Assembly (NCBI GenBank): GCA_016699385.1
Contig: CP064974.1
Location: forward strand, 1,018,617-1,082,616
Direction: 5' to 3'
Source: Candidatus Moraniibacteriota bacterium
GTDB lineage: Bacteria; Patescibacteriota; Minisyncoccia; Moranbacterales; UBA1568
Length of the DNA stretch: 64,000 nt
The translations under genes were made by a program, and so were the position numbers. A model generated the notes under the pieces. It saw nothing but the letters and a program-made list of their open reading frames with translations, did no database searches and was not told the origin of the DNA. Shown in pieces: positions 37,954 to 46,556 of this stretch (position 1 is its first letter; each line of letters begins with the position of its first letter).

Positions 37954-39651
37954 GTGGTCGAACAAATGTTCGATCACCCTATTAAAATTTTTCTGCTTTC
38001 ATTTCCTACAACCACTCCGCGCTTTTCTGAATATATTTCCAATTCAGAGTTCGCAATTCATTTACCAAGCGGGGCACATATTTCGATCGAAAAAACAGAG
38101 ACTCGACGGAAGGCTTGGTTTTTGTTTTGGTATTGTGGTGGTATGGTGAGGAATAGAGTCAAGAGGAATCCTGTTGTGCAAGAGAAAAAAGGTACCCCTT
38201 TTGTGTTTTTTCTTAACTTAGCTTTTGCCAATTTGAAGAAAGTGCTTGATGGAATAGCTAAAAAGATTATGCATAAAGAAGCCAAAAAAATTCCTGAAAT
38301 AAAGCCCAAAGTTTCTATAGGTAAGCTTGCTATAAGGCGGGCTACTGAAGAAGAAATGAAGGCTCTCGATGCTTTCATTTCTTTACCCCTTAACTCTGCC
38401 AAGAATCTCTTAGCGAAGCTTTATAAGGATGACCATTTTTATGAAACCACAACCTATGCTTGGGTGGGACCTGTCGATGCAAAAAAATTGTTTCTATATG
38501 GGGTTTGCAAGGAGGTATTGAAAACTTGCATCTCCCTGATGAACAGCAGAGAGTTTTTTCAGGAGGTGCCCCTCGAAAGAGCAAAGGACTCTTTGGAAAA
38601 AATCATCTTTGGCTCTATTGGGGATGAACAGTCTTATCGTTCGAGGAAGATGATAGAGCTTCTTGCTCTCCTCATTCTATTTCAAAAGAAAACAAAAAAA
38701 GATGAGGAATATCGAATTTACCTATCTGCCGAAAACCTTGATGTTTCTTTATCCCAGCAAAAAGACTTTAAAACACTATATGCAGGACAAGCCATAGCGA
38801 ATGTTCAGAGGTCTATTGATGACTATGCTGACCGTATCCAGAAAGATTTAGATGTAGTAGGTCAAGCCCCATTTTTTCTTGATATGAATAGGTTTTCTAC
38901 CAAAAAACCTTCGGTCTTTCTTTCTAAGAGAACAATTTATCTCGATGCCTTACAAAACGCCAATGATGATGAACGCCTCGCCTTAGGGATTTCGTATCAT
39001 GCTACTTACTCTCGTCTCAGTGTTTCGATTCACCCTTGGATAGGGAGTCACGATTATGGAGAGGAAGATAACAATTTCAAGACTATCAGAGCAAACTTTG
39101 GTCATATAGTAACGCTTTGTATGCATGTGATGAGAGTTGCTTACGAACTTGCAGACGAAGACGACCCTCGAGGAATGAAAAAGATTATGGGAGAGAATCT
39201 GGAGAAGTCTGAAGCACCAAAGTATATGGCTGTCATGAAAAAGGACTTTCAGGTTGGGGATGTGCTTCTTACTAAGTGGCAAGAATTAGTAGAGATTGTA
39301 GAAACCAAAGAGGGGGACTTCGGGTACAAAGCCTATAAACTCAGATTCCTCTCAAGGCCTCCTTTGCCTGAATGTCCAGAAGATTGGAGAAGGGCTGAGA
39401 ATATTCTTATCAAGCTTGTGGGCAAAGATTCTGCTCGAGCTATGTATGAGCAATCCATGAGAAGCGTGGAGGATGAGGAGTTGGATAGTGTGATGGGAGA
39501 GGTGATGAAGCAATCTGATGAATGGCTTCTTGAGTGCGCAAAGGGAATGTATCTAGATATGCATAACGCGAAAGTTCTGGTCCCCATGTTGCTTTCAAAC
39601 GGAAGTCTCAAAAAGACAGAGACTGAGGAGCCTGAGGAAAAAGCTAAATAG
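37954..39651 (+). CDS. hypothetical protein
   Basis: 565-aa ORF, AT-rich, Lys-rich helical regions; no motif recognised. Confidence 0.45.
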   Translation: MVEQMFDHPIKIFLLSFPTTTPRFSEYISNSEFAIHLPSGAHISIEKTETRRKAWFLFWYCGGMVRNRVKRNPVVQEKKGTPFVFFLNLAFANLKKVLDGIAKKIMHKEAKKIPEIKPKVSIGKLAIRRATEEEMKALDAFISLPLNSAKNLLAKLYKDDHFYETTTYAWVGPVDAKKLFLYGVCKEVLKTCISLMNSREFFQEVPLERAKDSLEKIIFGSIGDEQSYRSRKMIELLALLILFQKKTKKDEEYRIYLSAENLDVSLSQQKDFKTLYAGQAIANVQRSIDDYADRIQKDLDVVGQAPFFLDMNRFSTKKPSVFLSKRTIYLDALQNANDDERLALGISYHATYSRLSVSIHPWIGSHDYGEEDNNFKTIRANFGHIVTLCMHVMRVAYELADEDDPRGMKKIMGENLEKSEAPKYMAVMKKDFQVGDVLLTKWQELVEIVETKEGDFGYKAYKLRFLSRPPLPECPEDWRRAENILIKLVGKDSARAMYEQSMRSVEDEELDSVMGEVMKQSDEWLLECAKGMYLDMHNAKVLVPMLLSNGSLKKTETEEPEEKAK

Positions 39652-39667
39652 AAGTCTAAACAACCCT

Positions 39668-39952
39668 ATGAAAGAACCTGGATTTTTGATACTTGGTCTT
39701 ATAGTGATTCTCTTTTTCGTATTTTTCAATCCTTTCCAGAAAGATAACTGGTCACTCTTTGTATACCCAAACGGAGACGTGGCTGAGCAAAGCATTAATA
39801 CTCTAAATGCCTATGATTCTTTCGAAGAGTGCAGCCAAGGATATGAGTTTTCCAAAAGAACTTTCCCGCAGGCTACCTTCGAGTGTGGGTATAAGTGCAA
39901 GATTCAGGACGCTTCTTTAGGCTTGTATATGTGCAAAGAAACAAGAGATTAG
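39668..39952 (+). CDS. small secreted/membrane-anchored Cys-containing protein
   Basis: 94 aa; N-terminal TM 'FLILGLIVILFFVFF'; 4 Cys. Confidence 0.4.
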   Translation: MKEPGFLILGLIVILFFVFFNPFQKDNWSLFVYPNGDVAEQSINTLNAYDSFEECSQGYEFSKRTFPQATFECGYKCKIQDASLGLYMCKETRD

Positions 39953-39981
39953 GCCAATGCCCATTCGAATTGCTGAAGACC

Positions 39982-40047
39982 GAACTTGATTTCCTTCCAA
40001 TCTAAAGTTCTAAAGCTGTCTACTAGGGGGAGCACAGTAGAACGAGC
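39982..40047. repeat. ~70-nt direct repeat copy 2
   Basis: 'GAACTTGATTTCCTTCC...GTTCTAAAGCTGTCTACTAGGGGGAGCACAGTAGAACGAG'. Confidence 0.5.
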
Positions 40048-40072
40048 AGAAGCGAGTGCCTCTGCTTTTGTT
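40045..40072 (+). terminator. possible Rho-independent terminator
   Basis: 'AGCAGA AGCGAGTGCC TCTGCT TTTGTTTT'. Confidence 0.3.
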
Positions 40073-40267
40073 TTCACAGAGCCATCAATTGTCTCTTTTT
40101 TTGGTTCGAAGGCTCGTATTTCTGCTTGTATGATTTCCGCACCCTCTCGAAGCTATGTGAATGGCTCATTGAGGCTGAAGGAAGCGATTTTTCGGTCTTT
40201 GATATTTTCGGAACGGTGTTTTTCATAGTTTGCCCGGAAACAGGAATGACTGTAGACTCATAGTAAG

Positions 40268-40474
40268 TTGAAACCTATGAAAAGACAATCCAAACCAAAA
40301 GAAAAAGCATCAGAGATTTTGACACTTCAGGAGGCGTGCAAGATTTTGCATTGCCATCCGAATACGCTTCGAAATTGGGACAACAAGGGATTTCTGAAGG
40401 CGATCCGGTTTGGGACGCGAGGAGACAGGAGATATCGGAGAGGGGATGTATTAAAGATCATCAGTAACCACTAA
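40268..40474 (+). CDS. excisionase/MerR-like HTH DNA-binding protein (second copy)
   Basis: 'LQEACKILHCHPNTLRNWDNKGFLKAIRFGTRGDRRYRRGDV' paralogous to 29677..29901. Confidence 0.6.
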   Translation: MKPMKRQSKPKEKASEILTLQEACKILHCHPNTLRNWDNKGFLKAIRFGTRGDRRYRRGDVLKIISNH

Positions 40475-40478
40475 AACT

Positions 40479-41456
40479 ATGGCAAGAATAATTATAAAAA
40501 ATAACGAGTACTCTCTTTACGACTTCGATAATGAAGCCGAATTTGAAGGGGCTGTTATTGAAAACCAAAAATACCTTTTTGGTAAAGATTCTGTATATGT
40601 GGATGTAAAGCGGCTCATTGGGCATGGTACTCATCGCGGTATTCCAGACGCCTTCCTCATTGATTTTTATGATACCAAAAAACCGCAGTTGTACATTGTG
40701 GAAAACGAAATTGCATCCCATGATGCATATTCAAATATCACTGAACAAATCGCGCGTTTTGGAGCGAGCGCAGTTTCGTCGACGAATCAAATTCGTAATG
40801 TTCTCATCAAGGCAATTGGAGATAAACCCGAAACAAAAAAAGAAATAGAAAGCTACTTGCCTCAAACAGTTTTTAAAACAGTCATCGAGCTTGTTCTTGC
40901 TCTTACGGAAAATGATATAAAAGTAGTTGTCGCCATCAATGAAATTACTACTGATCTTAACCTTGCTTTCAATATATTCAAGAATCGTCCTGATCTCGTT
41001 CTATTACAGCGGTATATCTCGGGAAGTGAGGTATTGTATTTTTACGAACCAATGCGCGATGAAATTGAAGATATAGAAATTGAAAAAACAAAAACAGGCA
41101 AAGCGGTAAATTTCGATACAGTTGTTTGCGCTGCGTTTGAAGATGGATTTAAACATGCTTATACGGAAAATAATGCATGGTGGGCTATCCGGCTTTCACG
41201 GGAAGCGCGCGAAAAGTTACAATACCTCGCGATTTATGAAAAAGCACCGATTGCTCATGTGAGTCACTACGCGGAAATTGATCGTATCGAGCCGTATAAA
41301 GATACGGGGAAATATATTCTTTATCTCAAAAACAAAAAAACCGTAAAACCAATCAATCTTGGCACGGGAAAAAAGGGTGAGGCTCCGCAAGCTCCACGAT
41401 ATACAACGCTTGAAAAATTACTCGATGCTAAAACGGTGAGCGAACTTTGGAAATAA
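40479..41456 (+). CDS. hypothetical protein, candidate PD-(D/E)xK-like restriction endonuclease
   Basis: 325 aa; 'GIPDAFLIDF...LYIVENEIASHD' loosely resembles PD...ExE nuclease core; 5 nt upstream of a DNA MTase. Confidence 0.3.
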   Translation: MARIIIKNNEYSLYDFDNEAEFEGAVIENQKYLFGKDSVYVDVKRLIGHGTHRGIPDAFLIDFYDTKKPQLYIVENEIASHDAYSNITEQIARFGASAVSSTNQIRNVLIKAIGDKPETKKEIESYLPQTVFKTVIELVLALTENDIKVVVAINEITTDLNLAFNIFKNRPDLVLLQRYISGSEVLYFYEPMRDEIEDIEIEKTKTGKAVNFDTVVCAAFEDGFKHAYTENNAWWAIRLSREAREKLQYLAIYEKAPIAHVSHYAEIDRIEPYKDTGKYILYLKNKKTVKPINLGTGKKGEAPQAPRYTTLEKLLDAKTVSELWK

Positions 41457-41460
41457 TGCT

Positions 41461-42639
41461 ATGGCAAACAGGTCATTGAACAGTAATCTGCACAAAGCCA
41501 ACAAAGCAAAAAAAGATGAGTTTTATACTCAGCTCATTGATATTGAAAAAGAACTGAAGCACTACAAAGAACAGTTTCGAGGTAAGGTAGTGTATTGTAA
41601 TTGCGACGATCCGTATGAAAGTAATTTTTTCAAATATTTTGCCGCCAATTTTAACGCGCTTGGTCTCAAAAAGTTAATCACGACCAGTTATACAAAGTCG
41701 CCAATTGCCGGGGGACAGTTGCCACTCTTTGAAGTCGAAGGTTTAAAACCGAAAGGCAAAGAGCCGTTTAAGATTGAACTCAATGAAGTGACAGATAAAG
41801 ATGCGGACGGTGCAGTGGGGCTGACTGATGTGAAGTGGCTCTTGAAAAATGATGCGAATATCGCCACTCCTCTTAAAGGAAGCGGAGATTTTCGCAGTGA
41901 GGAATGCATAGAGTTGCTCAAGCAAGCAGATATTGTGGTGACTAACCCGCCGTTTTCGCTGTTTCGTGAGTATGTGGCGCAGTTAGTTGAGTACAAAAAG
42001 AAGTTTCTAATTATTGGCAATGTTAATGCGATTACTTATAAGGAAATATTTCCGCTGATTAAAGATAATAAAATGTGGATCGGTGTTAGTATCCATAGCG
42101 GAGACCGTGAATTTAGAGTGCCCGATGATTATCCTTTAAATGCAGCTGGACACAGCATTGATAAAGACGGAAATAAATATATTCGTGTTAAGGGTGTGAG
42201 GTGGTTTACAAATCTCGATTATAAAGAGCGTCATGTTGATTTAGTTCTTTATAAAAAATACCAACCAAAAGAATATCCAAGGTATGATAATTACGACGCA
42301 ATAAATGTTGATAAAACCGCTGATATTCCGCAGGATTATGCGGACACAATTGGCGTGCCCATAACATTTATGGACAAATATAATCCTAGCCAGTTTGAGA
42401 TTGTTGCCCTTGGTAATAGTCGCGATAACTTTACGCCAAACAAAGTTTACATCAATACAAAAAAGATTATGAAAAATGGTGCCAAACAAAATGGAAACGC
42501 TATAAATTGTGTTTTGGCCATTAATCAAACAAAAAAACCAGTAGATATTATCTATTATACGAGTGACAATAGTGATTATTTGGTAGCACCATATGCGCGT
42601 ATTTTAATTAAAAATAAGAAAGTAAAAAAAGTGATATGA
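41461..42639 (+). CDS. DNA methyltransferase (N6-adenine/N4-cytosine type, NPPF motif)
   Basis: 'DIVVTNPPFS' motif IV, upstream 'KDEFYTQ' motif-X-like, 392 aa. Confidence 0.6.
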   Translation: MANRSLNSNLHKANKAKKDEFYTQLIDIEKELKHYKEQFRGKVVYCNCDDPYESNFFKYFAANFNALGLKKLITTSYTKSPIAGGQLPLFEVEGLKPKGKEPFKIELNEVTDKDADGAVGLTDVKWLLKNDANIATPLKGSGDFRSEECIELLKQADIVVTNPPFSLFREYVAQLVEYKKKFLIIGNVNAITYKEIFPLIKDNKMWIGVSIHSGDREFRVPDDYPLNAAGHSIDKDGNKYIRVKGVRWFTNLDYKERHVDLVLYKKYQPKEYPRYDNYDAINVDKTADIPQDYADTIGVPITFMDKYNPSQFEIVALGNSRDNFTPNKVYINTKKIMKNGAKQNGNAINCVLAINQTKKPVDIIYYTSDNSDYLVAPYARILIKNKKVKKVI

Positions 42640-43727
42640 AAATTGATCTACACAAAATTCCAATTCGCGAAGTGATTGCCGGCTACAAGGATAGCGCCGA
42701 GGAAGGTGTTGTTGCGTATGAAGGCAAGCTCGATATTCGCCCCAAGTATCAACGGGAGTTTGTCTATACTGGCAAGCAGAGAGATGCTGTGATTGAAACG
42801 ATCAAAAACGGTTTTCCGCTTAATGTTATGTATTGGGTCAAAACCGATCAGGGAAATTTCGAAGTTTTGGACGGTCAACAACGCACCATCAGTATCGGAC
42901 AATATGTCACCGGCGACTTCTCTCTCAATGATCGCTTTTTTCACAATCTGACCAAAGAGGAACAAAACCAAATTTTGGATTATGAGTTGATGGTTTATTT
43001 TTGCGAAGGCACAGACAAAGAACGATTGGACTGGTTCAGAATCATTAATATCGCTGGCGAAAAACTGTATGACCAAGAACTACGCAATGCGGTTTATACA
43101 GGTCCGTGGCTTTCCGACGCAAAACTGAAATTCAGCAAATCAAACTGCGCGGCGTATCTTTTGGCAAATGATGGCGGATCACTGGTAAACGGCTCGCCAA
43201 TTCGGCAGGAGTATTTGGAAACCGCGCTTTCGTGGATTAGCGAGGGAAAAATTGAGGATTATATGGCAAAGCATCAGCATGAGACAAATGCCGATGAGCT
43301 ATGGCAGTATTTTCAAAATGTCATTGCATGGGCTCACAAAACCTTTACTAAATATCGCAAAGAGATGAAGGGGGTTGAGTGGGGCAGGTTGTACAACAAG
43401 TACAAAGATGTTGTTTATGATGCCAAAGATATTGAGGAAAAAACGCTCAAGCTTATCGATGACGATGAAGTGCAGAGCTTAAAAGGCATTTACGAATATA
43501 TTTTGACCGGTGAGGAAAAGCATTTAAATCTTCGTCAATTTGACGATAAGACGAAAAGAAAAGTCTTTGAGAAACAAAAAGGCAAATGCGTTTGGTGCAA
43601 AGAGACTTTTGAATTTGAAGAAATGGAAGCCGATCATATAACCCCTTGGCATGAGGGCGGAAAAACGATAGCCAAAAATTGTCAGATGCTCTGCAAGGAA
43701 GATAACCGGACAAAGGCGGGAAAATAA
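42636..43727 (+). CDS. GmrSD-like type IV (modification-dependent) restriction enzyme: DUF262/ParB-like N-domain + HNH C-domain
   Basis: 'VLDGQQRTISI' DUF262 signature; C-terminal 'CVWCKETFEFEEMEADHITPWHEGGKTIAKNCQMLCKEDN' His-Me finger. Confidence 0.65.
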   Translation: MKIDLHKIPIREVIAGYKDSAEEGVVAYEGKLDIRPKYQREFVYTGKQRDAVIETIKNGFPLNVMYWVKTDQGNFEVLDGQQRTISIGQYVTGDFSLNDRFFHNLTKEEQNQILDYELMVYFCEGTDKERLDWFRIINIAGEKLYDQELRNAVYTGPWLSDAKLKFSKSNCAAYLLANDGGSLVNGSPIRQEYLETALSWISEGKIEDYMAKHQHETNADELWQYFQNVIAWAHKTFTKYRKEMKGVEWGRLYNKYKDVVYDAKDIEEKTLKLIDDDEVQSLKGIYEYILTGEEKHLNLRQFDDKTKRKVFEKQKGKCVWCKETFEFEEMEADHITPWHEGGKTIAKNCQMLCKEDNRTKAGK

Positions 43728-43745
43728 AATTAGGCGAGAATCACA

Positions 43746-44672
43746 ATGACCAATAAGTACAAAATTGAACATAAGATCCTAACACTGGCTCATTGTGCGG
43801 TTATGGAAAAGAAAGACGACCCCGCTTCGTTTGAAATTGACGGTGTAAAATTTTCACATTGGGATTTTAATCACAGGGATGGTTGGTTGACTGATGCTTG
43901 GTTAGCAACATCTACAATTGAGGCTGAAAATTTTCATAAAGCCTTCACGAAGTTTATAAAAAAACTCTCTCGTTTGATTCCGAGGATTTCTTTGATTTCA
44001 CAATCATACATAGAGTATTTATCCGAGCCTTTTATAGTTCACAAAGAAGGAAGCGACACTGCTTTTTTTAGATATACCAACGATACTGATGCGGTAGGGT
44101 TGATGTTTATGGAGGGTGAACAAGAGGCCCTTAAAATATTGCTTGATAACAAAATAATTCCTGAAGCTTTTTATTACTATTGGAATGACGCGGTAAATGT
44201 GACCGGATACTCTGCGAAATTACTTCTTATGTTTTCGGCGATTGAGGCGATGGTAAAGAAGAATGGGAAAAAGGATTGGAGCTTGATTAACGAAATATTA
44301 GGTGTTGATTTAGTGAAAGAACTTTTTGGAACAAAAGAAGAACCAAATACAGGACTTCGACATAGGCTTGTCCATGGTGAATATTTTGGCAATCAAGACA
44401 ATGGTAAAAACTATCTCGAGCTCGTTCATAATAAAGTCATAAAATATTTTAATGATAAAATCTTTCAAGAATCTTTGATCCACGAAAATGTAACTCACCC
44501 GCAAAGACACTTTTTTGGGAATAAACAAGAGTGTAAAACTTTTGTGAAAATCAAAACCGACGGAGGTTTATTTAGCCTTAAAGATTTACTAAAAGATTTT
44601 AGCGATAATGGATTCCGCACTCCCGAAAAATATGATCATGTATTCGACGATAAATTAAATTCCACATATTGA
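43746..44672 (+). CDS. hypothetical protein with HEPN-like Rx4HG motif
   Basis: 308 aa; 'GLRHRLVHGEY' resembles HEPN Rx4-6H motif. Confidence 0.35.
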   Translation: MTNKYKIEHKILTLAHCAVMEKKDDPASFEIDGVKFSHWDFNHRDGWLTDAWLATSTIEAENFHKAFTKFIKKLSRLIPRISLISQSYIEYLSEPFIVHKEGSDTAFFRYTNDTDAVGLMFMEGEQEALKILLDNKIIPEAFYYYWNDAVNVTGYSAKLLLMFSAIEAMVKKNGKKDWSLINEILGVDLVKELFGTKEEPNTGLRHRLVHGEYFGNQDNGKNYLELVHNKVIKYFNDKIFQESLIHENVTHPQRHFFGNKQECKTFVKIKTDGGLFSLKDLLKDFSDNGFRTPEKYDHVFDDKLNSTY

Positions 44673-44685
44673 AATTTTTTGGGCG

Positions 44686-45711
44686 GTGTGTGAGGCAGAG
44701 AATAAAGTTATGAATTATTTTGGATCCTATCGTCGTCTGTTTGAGAATTCACGAAGCGCTTTATTGAGTGCAATTGAAATCTACAATAAACCGAGAGTAT
44801 CATATCGGGAAGAATCTTTTGTTATTCTCCTGATTAATTCTTGGGAGCTTCTTTTGAAGGCGGTTCTTTCAAAAAGCAAGAAACGCATCTTTTATAGAAA
44901 ACGCAAGGGGGAACCGTATCGTACATTGACCCTAACTGATTCGATGAAAAGTGCTGAGTCTTTGTTTCCCTCTAATCTTCCATTCCTACCAATTCGAAAG
45001 AATATCGAACTTCTAGAGGCATATCGAGATTCTGCTATTCACTTTTACAACGAAGCAGACTTCCGGAGTATTATATTTGCTTTGTCTCAAACAAGCATTA
45101 TTAATTACAGGGATGTGCTGGAAAATTTCTTTGGTAAGGATACTACGGAAGAAATTACATGGGCGGTTTTACCGCTTGGATCAAACTATCCTGCAGATCC
45201 AACTATTTTTCTCTCAAAAAGAAACAATAAACAGAGCGTCTCTGTGAGTGAATACCTCAGATTACTGCAGGGGTCTATACAGGAAGTTGAAAAAAATAAG
45301 CTGGATACAGGTCGACTGCTAACGGTTTTCAATGTCAAACTTGAGTCAACAAAGAAAATTGCAAATGCTGATTTTGTGGTTGGGGTTCAACCATCCTCTG
45401 GCGGAGGAGAGCCGATGCTGATTCAGAGAAAGGTTGATCCGAATGAAAGTCATCCATGGAGAGAAATGATGGTCATGCCAGAACTCCCCGAGTTCAATGG
45501 GAAACCTATGTCGAAATATACATTTCGAGCGATTTTATATAAGTATGATCTAAAGAATAATCCAAATCTTGTTTGGGTTGCCTCTGAAGGTGTATTGACA
45601 AAATATTCAAGGGACATAATTCCTTGGATTAAGCGTCTTTCGGGTGATGAGATATCCCTAGCAGTTAAAGGCTACAAAACTTTTCTAAAGAAAAAAAGGG
45701 AATCCGGATGA
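44686..45711 (+). CDS. hypothetical protein with HEPN-like Rx4H motif
   Basis: 341 aa; N-terminal helical 'SALLSAIEIYNKP...WELLLKA', 'AYRDSAIHFYNE' Rx4H. Confidence 0.35.
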   Translation: MCEAENKVMNYFGSYRRLFENSRSALLSAIEIYNKPRVSYREESFVILLINSWELLLKAVLSKSKKRIFYRKRKGEPYRTLTLTDSMKSAESLFPSNLPFLPIRKNIELLEAYRDSAIHFYNEADFRSIIFALSQTSIINYRDVLENFFGKDTTEEITWAVLPLGSNYPADPTIFLSKRNNKQSVSVSEYLRLLQGSIQEVEKNKLDTGRLLTVFNVKLESTKKIANADFVVGVQPSSGGGEPMLIQRKVDPNESHPWREMMVMPELPEFNGKPMSKYTFRAILYKYDLKNNPNLVWVASEGVLTKYSRDIIPWIKRLSGDEISLAVKGYKTFLKKKRESG

Positions 45712-45793
45712 AAAAATTTCCGCAGGACAATCAACAACAATCTAAAAAAGTACGCTGAAGAATGAAGCGTAAAAATAGATTTGATATACAAAA

Positions 45794-45836
45794 ATATCCT
45801 GAGACGATCAAGTCGTCTCAGGATATTTCTTTTTTG
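45794..45836. terminator. Rho-independent terminator (bidirectional)
   Basis: 14-bp stem 'ATATCCTGAGACGA tcaa TCGTCTCAGGATAT' followed by TTTCTTTTTT; A-rich on other side. Confidence 0.7.
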
Positions 45837-45844
45837 GTTCCCAC

Positions 45845-46456
45845 CTACACAAGCAACTTTGCTCCATACTTTTCAATAAAGTATTTCACGGGATAGACAA
45901 GTTCTTTTTCGAGTGCCTCTTCAAGCGAGAGCCAAACCGGCTTTACGCCCTCGTCGTTTATTTTTATTTCGCCAAGGTTTTTCACTCGGGTGGTGTAGAG
46001 GTGCCACTTGTGGTTATCCGCTCCTCGGCGGCATTCATCGCCGATCACGTCTTCTTCGGAAAAAAGTTTTATGCTTGCAACTTTGATGCCTGCTTCTTCT
46101 TCCAACTCTCTTTTTGCGGCAGTCTCGGGATCTTCGCCCGTATCAAGATGCCCCGCCGGAATAGCAAAGGCGAACGGATAAATAATCCTTTCAAAAAACA
46201 AAGTTTTCCCCGATTCGTTGAACACGAACACCCCGACGCTTTCATGCCAGTACTCTTGGGTAGCATTGTCTATCCACCAAACTGTCTTCGGATCAATCAC
46301 GATAAGCCGTGGTGATTTGTTGCTACACTCATCGCAGAGATAAAAGGTTTTTTCTCCTTCAAACACGCGATTTATTTTCTCGGAATGGCACTGTGGGCAG
46401 TACTGGTGATACTTCCCATCCGTCGGCAAAGGAAAAGTAATTTTCATAAAATTCAT
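45845..46456 (-). CDS. NUDIX hydrolase with N-terminal zinc ribbon
   Basis: 'CPQCHS...CDEC'; Nudix box 'GHLDTGEDPETAAKRELEEEAGI'. Confidence 0.75.
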   Translation of the reverse strand: MNFMKITFPLPTDGKYHQYCPQCHSEKINRVFEGEKTFYLCDECSNKSPRLIVIDPKTVWWIDNATQEYWHESVGVFVFNESGKTLFFERIIYPFAFAIPAGHLDTGEDPETAAKRELEEEAGIKVASIKLFSEEDVIGDECRRGADNHKWHLYTTRVKNLGEIKINDEGVKPVWLSLEEALEKELVYPVKYFIEKYGAKLLV

Positions 46457-46556
46457 CGATTAAAGGCTTATCTTTCCATTAAACCTGTGATACAGTGCTT
46501 TGTCAAAGTTTTTTCGGATTTTGACGAGTTATTTACCATCCAGAGGGAGAGCAGAA

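Larger units (their letters stand above)
22708..45840. mobile_element. integrated mobile/defense island adjacent to tRNA-Asn (left end at tRNA; right boundary uncertain, ~45.7-45.85 kb)
   Basis: Recombinase abutting tRNA, phage-like replication genes, two Xis-like genes, R-M systems, AT-richer composition than flanks; no clear attR repeat of tRNA 3' end found by eye. Confidence 0.45.
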
